From an uncultured Chitinophagales bacterium (GTDB lineage: Bacteria; Bacteroidota; Bacteroidia; Chitinophagales; BACL12): a stretch of 64,000 bases of DNA. The stretch covers positions 11,569 to 75,568 of the forward strand of contig CAYXBK010000017.1 in assembly GCA_964463165.1 (NCBI GenBank), given 5' to 3'. Positions within the stretch are counted from its first letter, which is position 1. Each line of letters opens with the position of its first letter. Below the pieces are notes generated by a model that saw only the letters and a list, made by a program, of their open reading frames with translations, was not told the DNA's origin and made no database searches. Below are positions 46,887 through 56,841 of this stretch, piece after piece. The position numbers and the translations under genes were made by a program.

Positions 46887-47861
46887 CTATTTGAATATAC
46901 TTATCAGAGTTTTGGTGAGATTGGAAAAAATTTCGGCTTCTTTAACTGAAACCGATTTTCTTGAGCTTCTGAACAGGCATTCATCCCCGTTGAATTCAAG
47001 TTCCATCTCGGGAAATTCAATCAGTGAATCAAGGTTTTTAAATAGCATCAGCGATTCGAGTTTATCCGGCTCTTCGCTAACCACCTGAAATTTTCCTGAA
47101 AACTTTTTGCTATGTGTAAAATCAATATCACGGTTTGAAATAAAATCCGACAGTCTGGAGCTGAGTGTCTCTTTTTGAATATATGTTTTGGGATATTTCT
47201 CGTTCAATTTTATGCTCCCGAAAAAATATTCATCCATTGTCATTAAAATCTGGATGTTCAGTCCTTCATAATCCGATTTCAGCACTCTTACCACAAAACT
47301 ATTCAGATCCATTGTCATGTGAAATTCAGCGATATCGTATTCTTCCGTTTCTATTGCACTGAATTCAGACTGAATTTTGGAAATGATCTCTTCAATAAAA
47401 TTTTTATGCTTTTCGACTGCAAGGCGGCTTTTTTGTATTTCTTTATCATCACCAAGATCGTCAACAGAAAAATCAGGAATGTTAGTTTCATCGTCGAGAA
47501 ACTGAAGATAGTTTTGGAAATTTTTATATCCGTCTTCTGAAGGATTTTCCAAATTTATTATTTTCAATTTATGTGCATCATATATTTGCCATCCTTGTTC
47601 TCTTGCAAGAATAATTAATTCAAACAAGGCATTCTCTCCTGTTATGCTGATCAGTTTACTGGTAACTAAATTGTTTTCCTTTATAAAAGAAATTATAAAA
47701 TTTAATCCATCAATTTCTATACTGCTTTTTTTTTCTATGAAGTAATCAAAATAATTTTTAATGGCAGAATCAAAATCGGTTGGCTCTAATTGATTTTCAT
47801 CAATCATTTCAATTGATTGAATTTTTTGTTTCGTATTGAATAAAGTTATTTCCCGGCTCAA
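46887..47861 (-). CDS. hypothetical cytoplasmic acidic protein (orphan)
   Basis: 324 aa, TTG start, no signal peptide or TM, Asp/Glu/Asn/Ile/Lys-rich; no motif recognised. Confidence 0.45.
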   Translation of the reverse strand: MSREITLFNTKQKIQSIEMIDENQLEPTDFDSAIKNYFDYFIEKKSSIEIDGLNFIISFIKENNLVTSKLISITGENALFELIILAREQGWQIYDAHKLKIINLENPSEDGYKNFQNYLQFLDDETNIPDFSVDDLGDDKEIQKSRLAVEKHKNFIEEIISKIQSEFSAIETEEYDIAEFHMTMDLNSFVVRVLKSDYEGLNIQILMTMDEYFFGSIKLNEKYPKTYIQKETLSSRLSDFISNRDIDFTHSKKFSGKFQVVSEEPDKLESLMLFKNLDSLIEFPEMELEFNGDECLFRSSRKSVSVKEAEIFSNLTKTLISIFK

Positions 47862-47980
47862 TTAAAATTATTTTTATTGTAGAATATGAAATTGGCTTAC
47901 CACAGATTACGCAGACTTTACAGATTTATTTCCCGCAAAAGCACAAACCAAATAAAGAATTTTTTTCTGCGCCTCTGCGA

Positions 47981-48021
47981 CCCAGCCTGCCGCAGCACAA
48001 GCCCACAACTCGGCTGGCAGG
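47981..48021 (+). repeat. GC-rich REP-like hairpin, family A (variant copy)
   Basis: CCCAGCCTGCCGCAGCA...CTCGGCTGGCAGG, preceded by CCACAGATTACGCAGA and TTTTTTCTGCGCCTCTGCG words whose reverse complements flank the 51868 copy. Confidence 0.75.
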
Positions 48022-48059
48022 TCCCTGTTATTTTATTTCGTGTCTTCGTGCCTTGGCGT

Positions 48060-48100
48060 CCCCGCCTGCGGCAGCACCCGGCTAAGCGTCGGCGGGCAGG
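48060..48100 (+). repeat. GC-rich REP-like hairpin, family A
   Basis: CCCCGCCTGCGGCAGCACCCGGCTAAGCGTCGGCGGGCAGG; near-identical arms to 51868-51908. Confidence 0.8.
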
Positions 48101-48143
48101 TTCGTGTAAAAAAATCTCCCACAAACGAATTGCCGAAGGCAAT

Positions 48144-48926
48144 TCAACCATTCTTCGCAGCATCTTTATTTACCATTACGGTCTCGGCTTCTTCATCGTA
48201 CCTCACAAATCCTTCCCCGTCGAAGATCGGCACCACATCAAATTGCGGATTGCTCATGCAGAATTTAATGTCATTTTCGATGCCGAGGCGTTGCAGTCTT
48301 TTAAAATGTGTTGCCTGTTTGATTGTGCGCAGCATATTTTCACGCACGTGCCTGTATAATAATTTTGCAGATAAGGCGGCGTCATCAATAATTCTGAAAT
48401 CATCTGAAAGTTCACGCACAACAGCGCCGGCAAAAAGTGCATCATCCATCACATAATGATCTTTCCATCCTGCACAAAATAAAATCGTATCGCGGTTTTC
48501 ATTTCTGATCCAGTCGATAATTGCATCCTGATTTACAAAACTTCCGGCGACAATATTTTTTGCACCCTTACTCATTAACACGCATCGGGTTCCGTTGGTA
48601 GTTGTATGAATAATTGTTTTTCCGATCACATCATCTCCCATAAATTCGAAAGGCGAATTGCCGTGATGAAAATGCGGGATCTTGTAACCATCTCTTTCGC
48701 CGGCCACAATAAATCCTTTTTCCAAAAAAGTATTTGCTTCTTCGATTGTTTCAACCGGGATCATTTTCTGAACGCCGTAATACAAGGCTGCTGCAATTGT
48801 GGAAGTTGCCCGGATAATATCAATTACCACCACGTTTTTTTCTTTCGGGTCGAACTGATACCAAAGAGCGGGTGTGAGGCACACCTCAATAATCGGTCTG
48901 TTATCCTGTTGCCGGGTTGTCGCCAT
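48144..48926 (-). CDS. comB: 2-phosphosulfolactate phosphatase family protein
   Basis: VVVIDIIRATSTIAAAL and GERDG motifs of the ComB family; 260 aa. Confidence 0.75.
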   Translation of the reverse strand: MATTRQQDNRPIIEVCLTPALWYQFDPKEKNVVVIDIIRATSTIAAALYYGVQKMIPVETIEEANTFLEKGFIVAGERDGYKIPHFHHGNSPFEFMGDDVIGKTIIHTTTNGTRCVLMSKGAKNIVAGSFVNQDAIIDWIRNENRDTILFCAGWKDHYVMDDALFAGAVVRELSDDFRIIDDAALSAKLLYRHVRENMLRTIKQATHFKRLQRLGIENDIKFCMSNPQFDVVPIFDGEGFVRYDEEAETVMVNKDAAKNG

Positions 48927-48972
48927 TTTAACAAAATACTCGGAGAGCCAATGCGGTTGCCGTTTGTGTGTG

Positions 48973-50067
48973 TTACTGCTGACCTAAAAACGGAATTTTC
49001 ACCACTTTGGCCTTCACGGGTTTTTGGCGAATATCTATAAAAATTTCGGAATTCACAGCAGATTTCTCCAAAGAAACATAGCCGAGGCCGATCGCTTTAT
49101 TGAGCGAAGGAGATTGTGTTCCTGATGTTACTTTGCCTATCACATTGTTGTTTTCATCCATGATCGGATAATCGTGGCGGGGAATACCGCGGTCTATCAT
49201 TTCAAAACCAACAAGTTTTCTTTTTAAACCGGCTTCTTTACCGGCTATGATTTTATCCTTGCCAACAAATTCATTGTTCTCTGCTTTCAGTTTTGTGATC
49301 CAGCCCAGGCCCGCTTCCAGTGGTGATGTCGTATCGTCGATATCGTTCCCGTATAAGCAAAATCCCATCTCCAAACGCAACGTATCTCTTGCCGCAAGGC
49401 CGATCGGCTGGATGCCGAATTCTTCTCCCGCCTCAAATATTTTATTCCAGATCTCGAGTGAATGTTCTTTCGGGAAATAAATTTCAAATCCACCCGCACC
49501 AGTATAACCCGTTGCAGATATGATCACATTTTTTACGCCCGCAAATTCATGTTTTTGAAAAGTATAATAGGCAATTGCACTCAGGTCGATGTCGGTAAGT
49601 TTTTGCAACGCCGCAGCAGCTTTTGGCCCCTGCACGGCAAGGAGGCTTGTCTGGTCGGAAATATTATGCATTTCAACATTTCCTGAATTGTATTTCACAA
49701 TATGACCCCAATCCTTCTGAATATTTCCTGCATTTACAACCAGCATATAATTGCCGTCTTCGAGATGATACACAAGCAGATCATCCACAATGCCGCCGTT
49801 TTCATTCGGCAGACAACTGTATTGTGCTTTGCCTGGCGTTAATGCATACACATCATTGCTTGTTACCTTCTGAATCAATGCCGCGGCACCATCTCCCTTC
49901 AAAATAAATTCGCCCATATGGCTCACATCGAAAACACCAACGCCATTGCGCACGGTATTGTGTTCTTCCACCTGACTTGTATAAACGATTGGCATTTCAT
50001 AGCCGGCAAATTCGGCCATTTTAGCGCCGAGACTTTTGTGTAGATCTGTTAATGCGGTTTGCTTCAT
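48973..50067 (-). CDS. gcvT: glycine cleavage system aminomethyltransferase (T protein)
   Basis: [52 protein letters not shown]; 364 aa. Confidence 0.9.
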   Translation of the reverse strand: MKQTALTDLHKSLGAKMAEFAGYEMPIVYTSQVEEHNTVRNGVGVFDVSHMGEFILKGDGAAALIQKVTSNDVYALTPGKAQYSCLPNENGGIVDDLLVYHLEDGNYMLVVNAGNIQKDWGHIVKYNSGNVEMHNISDQTSLLAVQGPKAAAALQKLTDIDLSAIAYYTFQKHEFAGVKNVIISATGYTGAGGFEIYFPKEHSLEIWNKIFEAGEEFGIQPIGLAARDTLRLEMGFCLYGNDIDDTTSPLEAGLGWITKLKAENNEFVGKDKIIAGKEAGLKRKLVGFEMIDRGIPRHDYPIMDENNNVIGKVTSGTQSPSLNKAIGLGYVSLEKSAVNSEIFIDIRQKPVKAKVVKIPFLGQQ

Positions 50068-50166
50068 AACAGCGGCAAAGATAATTGGATTGTTATAAAA
50101 AGGCCATTACATTTTGAGCCGGATAAAGCCTGAAATGAATTAATTTTACAAGATCAATATACTGAT

Positions 50167-50376
50167 ATGCTGATTGAAAGAACAGATAAAGAAGTGATAA
50201 TTAAACTGCCGGCAACAATTAATACCGAAGGCCTGCAGGAGTTCATTAACTATCTGTATTATAAGGAAGCTGTCGCCAATTCGAAAGCGAAACAAAGCGA
50301 TATAGATAAACTTTCAAGGCAGGTAAAAAAGGGCTGGTGGAAGAAAAACAGAAACCGATTTATACAGGATAAATAA
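50167..50376 (+). CDS. putative antitoxin (small protein upstream of the PIN gene)
   Basis: 69 aa, ends 12 nt before the PIN gene; basic C-terminus. Assignment rests on position only. Confidence 0.4.
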   Translation: MLIERTDKEVIIKLPATINTEGLQEFINYLYYKEAVANSKAKQSDIDKLSRQVKKGWWKKNRNRFIQDK

Positions 50377-50388
50377 AACCCCGCTCCT

Positions 50389-50832
50389 GTGCTTAAAATA
50401 ATTATTGATACAAATATCATTTTCAGCGCACTTGTAAACTCGAAAGGTTCTATTGGAGATATTATTTTCAACTCCGAAGAAATATTTGAATTCTATTGCT
50501 GCAATTACATGCGCATGGAAATTGAAAAGCACGAGAAAAAATTAATTAAAATTTCAAAACTTTCCGAAATTCAGCTTGAAGAAAGCAAAGACATGTTGTT
50601 TTCAAAAATTAATTTTATTAATGAAGAGCTGATACCGCAGAAAGTATGGGTCAAAGCAGAAAATATTTTAATTGATATTGATGCAGATGACATTGATTTT
50701 CTTGCTTTGACAATGCATTTGAAAGGCCGGCTTTGGACAGGTGATCTTAAATTGTTCAACGGGCTGCGTAAAAACAAATATAAATCTGTCTATACCACTT
50801 CGGAATTAATCAGATTAAAAAACAGAAGGTAA
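50389..50832 (+). CDS. PIN-domain protein (putative toxin)
   Basis: GTG start; LKIIIDTNIIFSAL (first acidic residue), later E and TGD acidic positions; 147 aa. Confidence 0.6.
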   Translation: MLKIIIDTNIIFSALVNSKGSIGDIIFNSEEIFEFYCCNYMRMEIEKHEKKLIKISKLSEIQLEESKDMLFSKINFINEELIPQKVWVKAENILIDIDADDIDFLALTMHLKGRLWTGDLKLFNGLRKNKYKSVYTTSELIRLKNRR

Positions 50833-50838
50833 AATAAC

Positions 50839-51774
50839 ATGCAATTAAAAACACCAATTTCTTTAAAAGATTGTGCAGAATTAATTCAGGCGGAATTTGC
50901 AGGGGATAAAAATCAATTGATCACGGGCATCAACGAAATTCATAAAGTGGTTGCCGGCGATATCACATTTGTTGATCATCCGAAATATTATGATAAGGCC
51001 TTGAACAGCGCCGCGACATTTGTGATCATAAATAAAAAAGTGGATGTGCCCGGAGGAAAAGGATTAATATTTTCAGATGATCCGTTCCGCGATTATGTAA
51101 AACTGGTTAAACATTTTTCTCCATTTAATCCCTCTTTAAAAAATATTGCAGATAATGCCGTGATCGGTGAAGGCACTATTTTATTTCCGGGTGTATATGT
51201 CGGCAATAATTGCATCATTGGAAAAAATTGCATCATCCATCCGAATGTTGCGATTTATGATAATACAATTATTGGAGATGATGTGGTGATTCATGCGAAT
51301 TCAGTAATTGGTGCTGATGCATTTTATTTTAAAAAACGCACTGATCATTTTGATAAATTAATCAGCTGCGGAAGAGTAATTATTCATAATGGTGTGGAGA
51401 TAGGCGCCTGTTGCACAATTGACCGAGGCGTAAGCGGTGATACAATTATCGGTGAGCAAACAAAAATGGATAATCATATTCATATCGGACACGGAGTTGA
51501 AATCGGTAAAATGTGTTTGTTCGCAGGACAGGTTGGTATCGGCGGAAAAACAATTATCGGAAATAACGTAATTGCCTGGGGCCAGGTTGGCATTTCAAAA
51601 ACATTGCATATTGCAGATAATGTTACAATCCTCGCACAAAGCGGTGTTGGAAATGATCTGGAAGCAGGAAAAACATATTTCGGTTCGCCCGCAATTGAAG
51701 CAAGAAAAAAATGGCGGGAAATTGCGGCTGCGAAAAGTATGCTTGAGATTTGGGAGAAGATGAAAAATAATTAG
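50839..51774 (+). CDS. lpxD: UDP-3-O-acylglucosamine N-acyltransferase
   Basis: LpxD-type N-terminal domain ([17 protein letters not shown]...[23 protein letters not shown]) followed by a hexapeptide left-handed beta-helix. Confidence 0.8.
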   Translation: MQLKTPISLKDCAELIQAEFAGDKNQLITGINEIHKVVAGDITFVDHPKYYDKALNSAATFVIINKKVDVPGGKGLIFSDDPFRDYVKLVKHFSPFNPSLKNIADNAVIGEGTILFPGVYVGNNCIIGKNCIIHPNVAIYDNTIIGDDVVIHANSVIGADAFYFKKRTDHFDKLISCGRVIIHNGVEIGACCTIDRGVSGDTIIGEQTKMDNHIHIGHGVEIGKMCLFAGQVGIGGKTIIGNNVIAWGQVGISKTLHIADNVTILAQSGVGNDLEAGKTYFGSPAIEARKKWREIAAAKSMLEIWEKMKNN

Positions 51775-51797
51775 CTGATTTGTTGATTAGCAAATTC
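51770..51797. repeat. short word repeat (TTAGCTGAT / GATTAGC) spanning a stop codon
   Basis: AATTAGCTGATTTGTTGATTAGCAAAT contains the lpxD TAG. The same words form TGATTAGCAAATCAGCTGATTAGCTGAT at 3593-3620 around the GT2 stop codon. Confidence 0.7.
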
Positions 51798-51867
51798 GAT
51801 TCCGGAGATTAATTCAAAACAAGGAGGCACAGAGGCGCAGAAAAAATTTCTTTGTGAGCTTTGTTGA

Positions 51868-51908
51868 CCCCGCCTGCCGCAGCAAGTGGCGAAACGTCGG
51901 CGGGCAGG
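51868..51908 (+). repeat. GC-rich REP-like hairpin, family A
   Basis: CCCCGCCTGCCGCAGCAAGTGGCGAAACGTCGGCGGGCAGG, flanked by GCACAGAGGCGCAGAAAAAA and CATCTGTGTAATCTGTGG words. Confidence 0.8.
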
Positions 51909-51983
51909 TTTGTGGAAAATTCATCTGTGTAATCTGTGGTAAATATTTTTAAACCAATTTGAGGTAAATAATAAAATTTCTTT

Positions 51984-52370
51984 ATGAGACAAAACTTCAG
52001 CTCCGGGGCAAAATGGGAAGATATTGTGGGGTATTCCCGTGCCGTTAAAATCAATAATCAGATATTTATTACCGGCACGGTTGCCGTTGATTCGGAAAAT
52101 AATTTAGTGGGGGGAGATTCTGCCTATGAACAAACAAAATTTATTCTGCAAAAAATGGAAGCGGTTTTAAAACAATGCGGCGCCGGATTAAAAGATGTTG
52201 TGCGTACAAGATTATTTGTAACTGATATTGCAAGATGGGAAGATTATGGCCGTGCGCACGGCGAATTTTTTAAAGACATAAAGCCCTGCACCACCATGGT
52301 GGAAATCTCAAAATTAATTGCACCTGAATATTTAATCGAGATTGAAGCGGATGCTGTGATTGATCTCTAA
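51984..52370 (+). CDS. RidA/YjgF-family protein
   Basis: YSRAVKINNQIFITGTVA...VVRTRLFVTDI...MVEISKLIAPEYLIEIEADA; 128 aa. Confidence 0.8.
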   Translation: MRQNFSSGAKWEDIVGYSRAVKINNQIFITGTVAVDSENNLVGGDSAYEQTKFILQKMEAVLKQCGAGLKDVVRTRLFVTDIARWEDYGRAHGEFFKDIKPCTTMVEISKLIAPEYLIEIEADAVIDL

Positions 52371-52380
52371 ATACATTCAT

Positions 52381-52815
52381 ATGAAAATATTTTTCTCTCT
52401 TGCCGTGCTTATTTTAATTCTGTTGAACAGCAATAGAATTTCTGCGCAATATTATTCCGATACAACCGAAATTGACCTAAAACTTTCAGACTGTTTAAGC
52501 ATCGGAGAAAATCAAACCACCTATGGCATGATTCAATGTATCGACAGTGCAAATATTTCTTGGGATGCCGAGCTGAATAAATATTATAAATTGCTCATGA
52601 ATGCTCTGAATCCTGAAGAACAGGATAAATTAAAAACAGCGCAGCGCAGCTGGCTTGCCATGCGGGATGCAAATAATGCATTTGTAGGGATATATTGCCA
52701 AAATCTCGGCGGCACCATGCATATTGTTTCCGCAAATTACCGGGCAATGGAAACTGTTCGTTTGCGTGCGCTTGAACTGAAATCATTTTATGAAGAAATT
52801 TTTGAAAATCATTGA
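52381..52815 (+). CDS. LprI-family (DUF1311) periplasmic protein
   Basis: Signal peptide from ATG 52381; WDAELNKYYKLLMNAL...QRSWLAMRDANNAF is the DUF1311 signature. Confidence 0.7.
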   Translation: MKIFFSLAVLILILLNSNRISAQYYSDTTEIDLKLSDCLSIGENQTTYGMIQCIDSANISWDAELNKYYKLLMNALNPEEQDKLKTAQRSWLAMRDANNAFVGIYCQNLGGTMHIVSANYRAMETVRLRALELKSFYEEIFENH

Positions 52816-53424
52816 TTATTCGTTTTCGAATAATTGCGGTTGATTTTCTGCCAGCAGTCTGAAAGTTTTCCTGTGATATTTTGAATCTCCGAATTCCAAA
52901 ATTCCTTTCCGGTGTTCTTTTGTGCCGTAGCCTTTATTTTGTTTCCAGTTATAATGCGGAAATTCTTCGTGTAATTCTTTCATGATTGCATCGCGGTATG
53001 TTTTTGCAATTACCGATGCGGCTGCAATGCTCGCATATTTCCCATCTCCCTGAATAATGCATTTATGCGGAATATTCCGGTATTTATAAAATCTGTTTCC
53101 GTCTATCAATAATAATTCAGGAAGTTTTTCAAATTGATCCAATGCCTTGTGCATTGCTTTAAAAGATGCTTTTAAAATATTGATCGCATCAATTTCATCA
53201 TTATCACAAATTCCGATCTTCCAGCAAATTGCATTTTCTTTTATGATCGGCAATAAGAAATTTCGCTCTTCTTCCGTTAATTGCTTTGAATCGTTGAGTA
53301 AAGGATGTGAAAATTTTTTCGGCAGAATAACAGCGGCTGCAACAACAGGTCCGGCAAGACAACCCCTTCCGGCTTCATCGCAACCCGCTTCAATTAATTT
53401 CCTTTGATAAAATGATTTTAACAT
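52816..53424 (-). CDS. rnhB: ribonuclease HII
   Basis: IEAGCDEAGRGCLAGPVVAAAV, DSKQL, IAAASVIAK. ATG 53424 chosen because the longer ORF translates the upstream word repeat. Confidence 0.9.
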   Translation of the reverse strand: MLKSFYQRKLIEAGCDEAGRGCLAGPVVAAAVILPKKFSHPLLNDSKQLTEEERNFLLPIIKENAICWKIGICDNDEIDAINILKASFKAMHKALDQFEKLPELLLIDGNRFYKYRNIPHKCIIQGDGKYASIAAASVIAKTYRDAIMKELHEEFPHYNWKQNKGYGTKEHRKGILEFGDSKYHRKTFRLLAENQPQLFENE

Positions 53425-53435
53425 ATAGATGCAGG

Positions 53436-53490
53436 CCACTAGCTGCTGGCTTCTTGCGGCTAGCAGCCAGAAGCCAGTAGCCAGTAGCAA
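53436..53490. repeat. short tandem word repeats (GCTAGCAGCCAG / GCCAGTAGCCAGTAGC)
   Basis: CCACTAGCTGCTGGCTTCTTGCGGCTAGCAGCCAGAAGCCAGTAGCCAGTAGCA between the divergent rnhB and ABC genes. Same word set as 33621-33690. Confidence 0.7.
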
Positions 53491-53525
53491 TTAACTTCTT
53501 ATTTTTACCTCAAACTTAAAACACT

Positions 53526-54413
53526 TTGAACATCATCTTATCCACAAATCAACTTTCAAAAAATTACGGGCCGATTCAAGCGGTAAAGGGTTTGAATTTA
53601 AATATTGAACGAGGTTCTGTTTACGGCATTCTCGGCCCCAACGGAAGCGGAAAAACCACAACGCTTGGAATGGTGCTCGGCATCATTAAACCAAACAGCG
53701 GAAGTTTTTCCTGGTTCGGGAGAGGAACGGATGATAATAACCGCAAAAAAATAGGCGCTTTATTGGAACAGCCGAATTTTTATCCATACCTCAGCGGCGA
53801 ACAAAATTTAAAAGTGGTTGCAAAAATCAAAGAGGTGGATGAATCGAAAATTCCCGGTGCACTTGCGGCAGTGAATTTACTCGACCGCAAAAAGAGCCCT
53901 GCTAAAACTTATTCGCTCGGAATGAAACAGCGGCTTGCACTTGCATCTGCAATTTTAAGTGAGCCGGAAGTTTTGGTTTTGGATGAACCGACAAATGGAT
54001 TGGATCCGCAGGGAATTGCCGAGATCCGCGATTTTATCCGTCAGCAATCGGCGCTCGGTAGAACAATTATTCTCGCCAGCCATATTCTGGATGAAGTTGA
54101 AAAAGTTTGCACGCATGTGAGTGTCATTAAAAAAGGCGATCTCCTCGCCGAGGGTCGAGTATCTGAAATTTTAAAAGGAGAAGACCAATTGGAAATAGCG
54201 GCAGCTGATCAGGAAAAATTAATTTCTCTGCTCAACAATTACAAAGGCATAAAAAATCTCAGCCGCGAAAAAGATTCCGTTCTTCTTGCCATTGCCGATA
54301 ATTTCAATGCAGCAGAATTAAATAAATATTTATTTGAAAACGGCGTAGTCGTGCATCAGTTGAATGTGCGTAAAAAACGTCTTGAAGAACATTTCCTTGA
54401 ATTAACAGCCTGA
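53526..54413 (+). CDS. ABC transporter ATP-binding protein (ABC-2 exporter type)
   Basis: Walker A GPNGSGKTT, signature YSLGMKQRLALA, Walker B VLVLDEPTNGLD; TTG start. Confidence 0.85.
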   Translation: MNIILSTNQLSKNYGPIQAVKGLNLNIERGSVYGILGPNGSGKTTTLGMVLGIIKPNSGSFSWFGRGTDDNNRKKIGALLEQPNFYPYLSGEQNLKVVAKIKEVDESKIPGALAAVNLLDRKKSPAKTYSLGMKQRLALASAILSEPEVLVLDEPTNGLDPQGIAEIRDFIRQQSALGRTIILASHILDEVEKVCTHVSVIKKGDLLAEGRVSEILKGEDQLEIAAADQEKLISLLNNYKGIKNLSREKDSVLLAIADNFNAAELNKYLFENGVVVHQLNVRKKRLEEHFLELTA

Positions 54414-54418
54414 AACTT

Positions 54419-55198
54419 ATGATGCGATTATTAAAGATTGAATTATCAAAAATATTACCCTATAAAACATTCAGGATACTTTTCCTGATTTATCTTGTTT
54501 TACAGTTTTGCATTCTTCTTGTTGCAGATGATTTTTTTGGAAAAATCGGAGCGCCCAAAGAACAGGTATTGCAATTTCCGAATATCTGGAATTATTATAC
54601 CTGTATTGCCGGCTATCTGAATATTATTTTGGGAATCATTATTATTTTTATTACCTGCAATGAAATAACGTATCGCACACTGCGGCAAAATATTATCGAC
54701 GGACTTACGAGGACAGAAGTGGTTTTATCAAAAATTTATTTAATTGTATTTTTTACGATATTGATCACACTGTTTGTATTCATCACCGGTTTAATTGCCG
54801 GTACCATCAACGGAACAATTCCGGGCGGTGGATTTTTTACCGACCATATTGAATTTCTGTTTGCGTTTTTTATACAAACAATGGGTGTAATGAGTCTTGC
54901 ATTTTTATTGGGGAATTTATTTAAGCGCTCTGCAATTGCGATTATACTGTTCCTGATATTTCTATTTCCTGTCGATCTTGTTATTCGTGAAGCAATTCTG
55001 CCGGATGGCGGCGGCGATTATTTACCCGTTGCAACGTATTTTTTAAAATTGATGCCCGCACCAACCAGTCATATATTAAGCCATGGTGAGGAGCCGACAC
55101 CGGACCTCCCGACCGCATTGGCAATGGGTGTAGGAGCGGCTTATGTCATCGTGTTTTTTTTCCTGAATATTGTAATGATCCGCAAACGTGATCTTTAA
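54419..55198 (+). CDS. ABC-2 type transporter permease
   Basis: Six hydrophobic segments, directly downstream of the ATPase gene. Confidence 0.7.
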   Translation: MMRLLKIELSKILPYKTFRILFLIYLVLQFCILLVADDFFGKIGAPKEQVLQFPNIWNYYTCIAGYLNIILGIIIIFITCNEITYRTLRQNIIDGLTRTEVVLSKIYLIVFFTILITLFVFITGLIAGTINGTIPGGGFFTDHIEFLFAFFIQTMGVMSLAFLLGNLFKRSAIAIILFLIFLFPVDLVIREAILPDGGGDYLPVATYFLKLMPAPTSHILSHGEEPTPDLPTALAMGVGAAYVIVFFFLNIVMIRKRDL

Positions 55199-56622
55199 AG
55201 CGTTTCGATTTTAGCCAGAAGCCATTGCTTATTTGCTACAAGATTATTGTCTGTAATGGCATTATGCAATTCCGATATTTTCTGCTGAAACTCTTCCGGA
55301 TTGAACAGCATTTTATGGAGGCGTAGTTTATAAAGCCGAAGCGTGTACCGGAATAAATATTTATACTGCATATGCTGGCTCTTGCTCAATTGCTTTTCAC
55401 GCAAAAGATAAATTTTCATCGACTCTGTCAATGAAACGAGTGCATCAAATTCATTCAATTCAAAATAAATTTTAATTAATATACTTTTTGCATCCAGATA
55501 ATAATTTGCATCCGTAAAATGTATTTTATTGAGCAATTGCATTGCACGGTTCAAATCACCGCTTTCGTAATAAAATACAGCAAGGTTATATTGATATGCA
55601 TTGTCGCGGTGTGCAACCGGTAATTTCAGATAATAGGAATGTATAAATTGTTCCGCCCAGTCGTATTCGTGTAAACGCAGCGCTGCAGTTGCAATATTTT
55701 TATATGTCCATTGCGACAAATGCGGACCTTCGTTTAATAAATTCAATGGCAACATAAATTTGGATATTGCCAGCCATTCGCTTAAAAATTCATTGCGCCC
55801 CTGATTAATTCTCTTTACACAATAATTCTGGACATACGCAATAATTTCCTTTGCCTCCTGTTCGGGAAATTCTGTAATATGCAGAAAGAGCTTTTCCCTG
55901 AATCCGTTATACCAGTCATCATTTTCGGTATCCATTAACCAGCAAAGTATCGGATAATAAATTCTGATGGAATAATGATCCGGATAATCGGGCATCACCA
56001 GTTCAAGAAAATTTTTAAATCGAATTAATTTATTTTTCTCATAACTGAGCGATAAAATATTCGATCTGTTTAGCAATTCACACCATATTTTAAGTTGTGC
56101 GCTGATATAAAAAATATCGAGATGCTGCTGGCTGTTCAGCAAAAAGGAATTATCATTTTTTCGCGATTGCTGAAAATGGAACTGGTCTGCAAGCTGGTTA
56201 AATTTATAACCGGTTTCCGCATTCAATATTTTTTTCTGATTTATTTTTCTTTTGATCATTTTACCCGCGCTCTGCACAATATCCTTCTCAATCAGGTTTT
56301 CAATGATCAGCAATTCCTTTTGATCGTTGTTTTTTTCAAACTGCTTCCATGCAAGAAATTTCTGCAGCAATTTAAAAAGATCGCTCATCAGGTTGTTAAA
56401 TTGTTTCTCGCCTTCAGGCCCGGGTTTGCAGCCTAATTTTTCAAGATGTTGTTTTGACCATCCTTTCACCGATTCATTTACCGGTGTTTGTTCGATCAAA
56501 GACAATAATTGAACAAGCCTGGATCTTTTATTTACAAACGGGCTTCTCACAAACCCTGAAAATTCCATTTTCAGAGCACTTTTGAGTGCATCATACACCA
56601 GGATGAATTTGGGAGTTGCCAT
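55195..56622 (-). CDS. hypothetical all-helical protein (TPR-like C-terminal half?)
   Basis: ~475 aa from ATG 56622 (the listed ORF starts at TTG 56649); no signal peptide. The C-terminal half has repeated helix pairs (YNLAVFYYESGDLNRAMQLLNKI...), and I recognise no family. Confidence 0.45.
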   Translation of the reverse strand: MATPKFILVYDALKSALKMEFSGFVRSPFVNKRSRLVQLLSLIEQTPVNESVKGWSKQHLEKLGCKPGPEGEKQFNNLMSDLFKLLQKFLAWKQFEKNNDQKELLIIENLIEKDIVQSAGKMIKRKINQKKILNAETGYKFNQLADQFHFQQSRKNDNSFLLNSQQHLDIFYISAQLKIWCELLNRSNILSLSYEKNKLIRFKNFLELVMPDYPDHYSIRIYYPILCWLMDTENDDWYNGFREKLFLHITEFPEQEAKEIIAYVQNYCVKRINQGRNEFLSEWLAISKFMLPLNLLNEGPHLSQWTYKNIATAALRLHEYDWAEQFIHSYYLKLPVAHRDNAYQYNLAVFYYESGDLNRAMQLLNKIHFTDANYYLDAKSILIKIYFELNEFDALVSLTESMKIYLLREKQLSKSQHMQYKYLFRYTLRLYKLRLHKMLFNPEEFQQKISELHNAITDNNLVANKQWLLAKIETL

Positions 56623-56841
56623 ACTTGAGTGATCTCTGTCAGTAATCAAAAATACTTAATAATCAATCAATCTATATTTTCAAATTATTTGAATATCTAT
56701 TAAATTGGATATCAATGTTTTAATTTGTTTTTATCCTTATATGTCTTTCGGTTTTAATGGAAAATTGTTCTTTTATTTTCAATAGATACGGTAGATTTTT
56801 GTAATTGAAAAATTGTCTCCGTAACTTTCTAATTCACGACT

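Noticed and set aside
47886-48456. ORFs 47886..48359 (+), 47918..48163 (-) and 48040..48456 (+), rich in Arg/Pro/Cys
   Set aside because: They translate the GC-rich REP hairpins and then run antisense into comB. The same applies to 51809..52054 over the 51868 hairpin.
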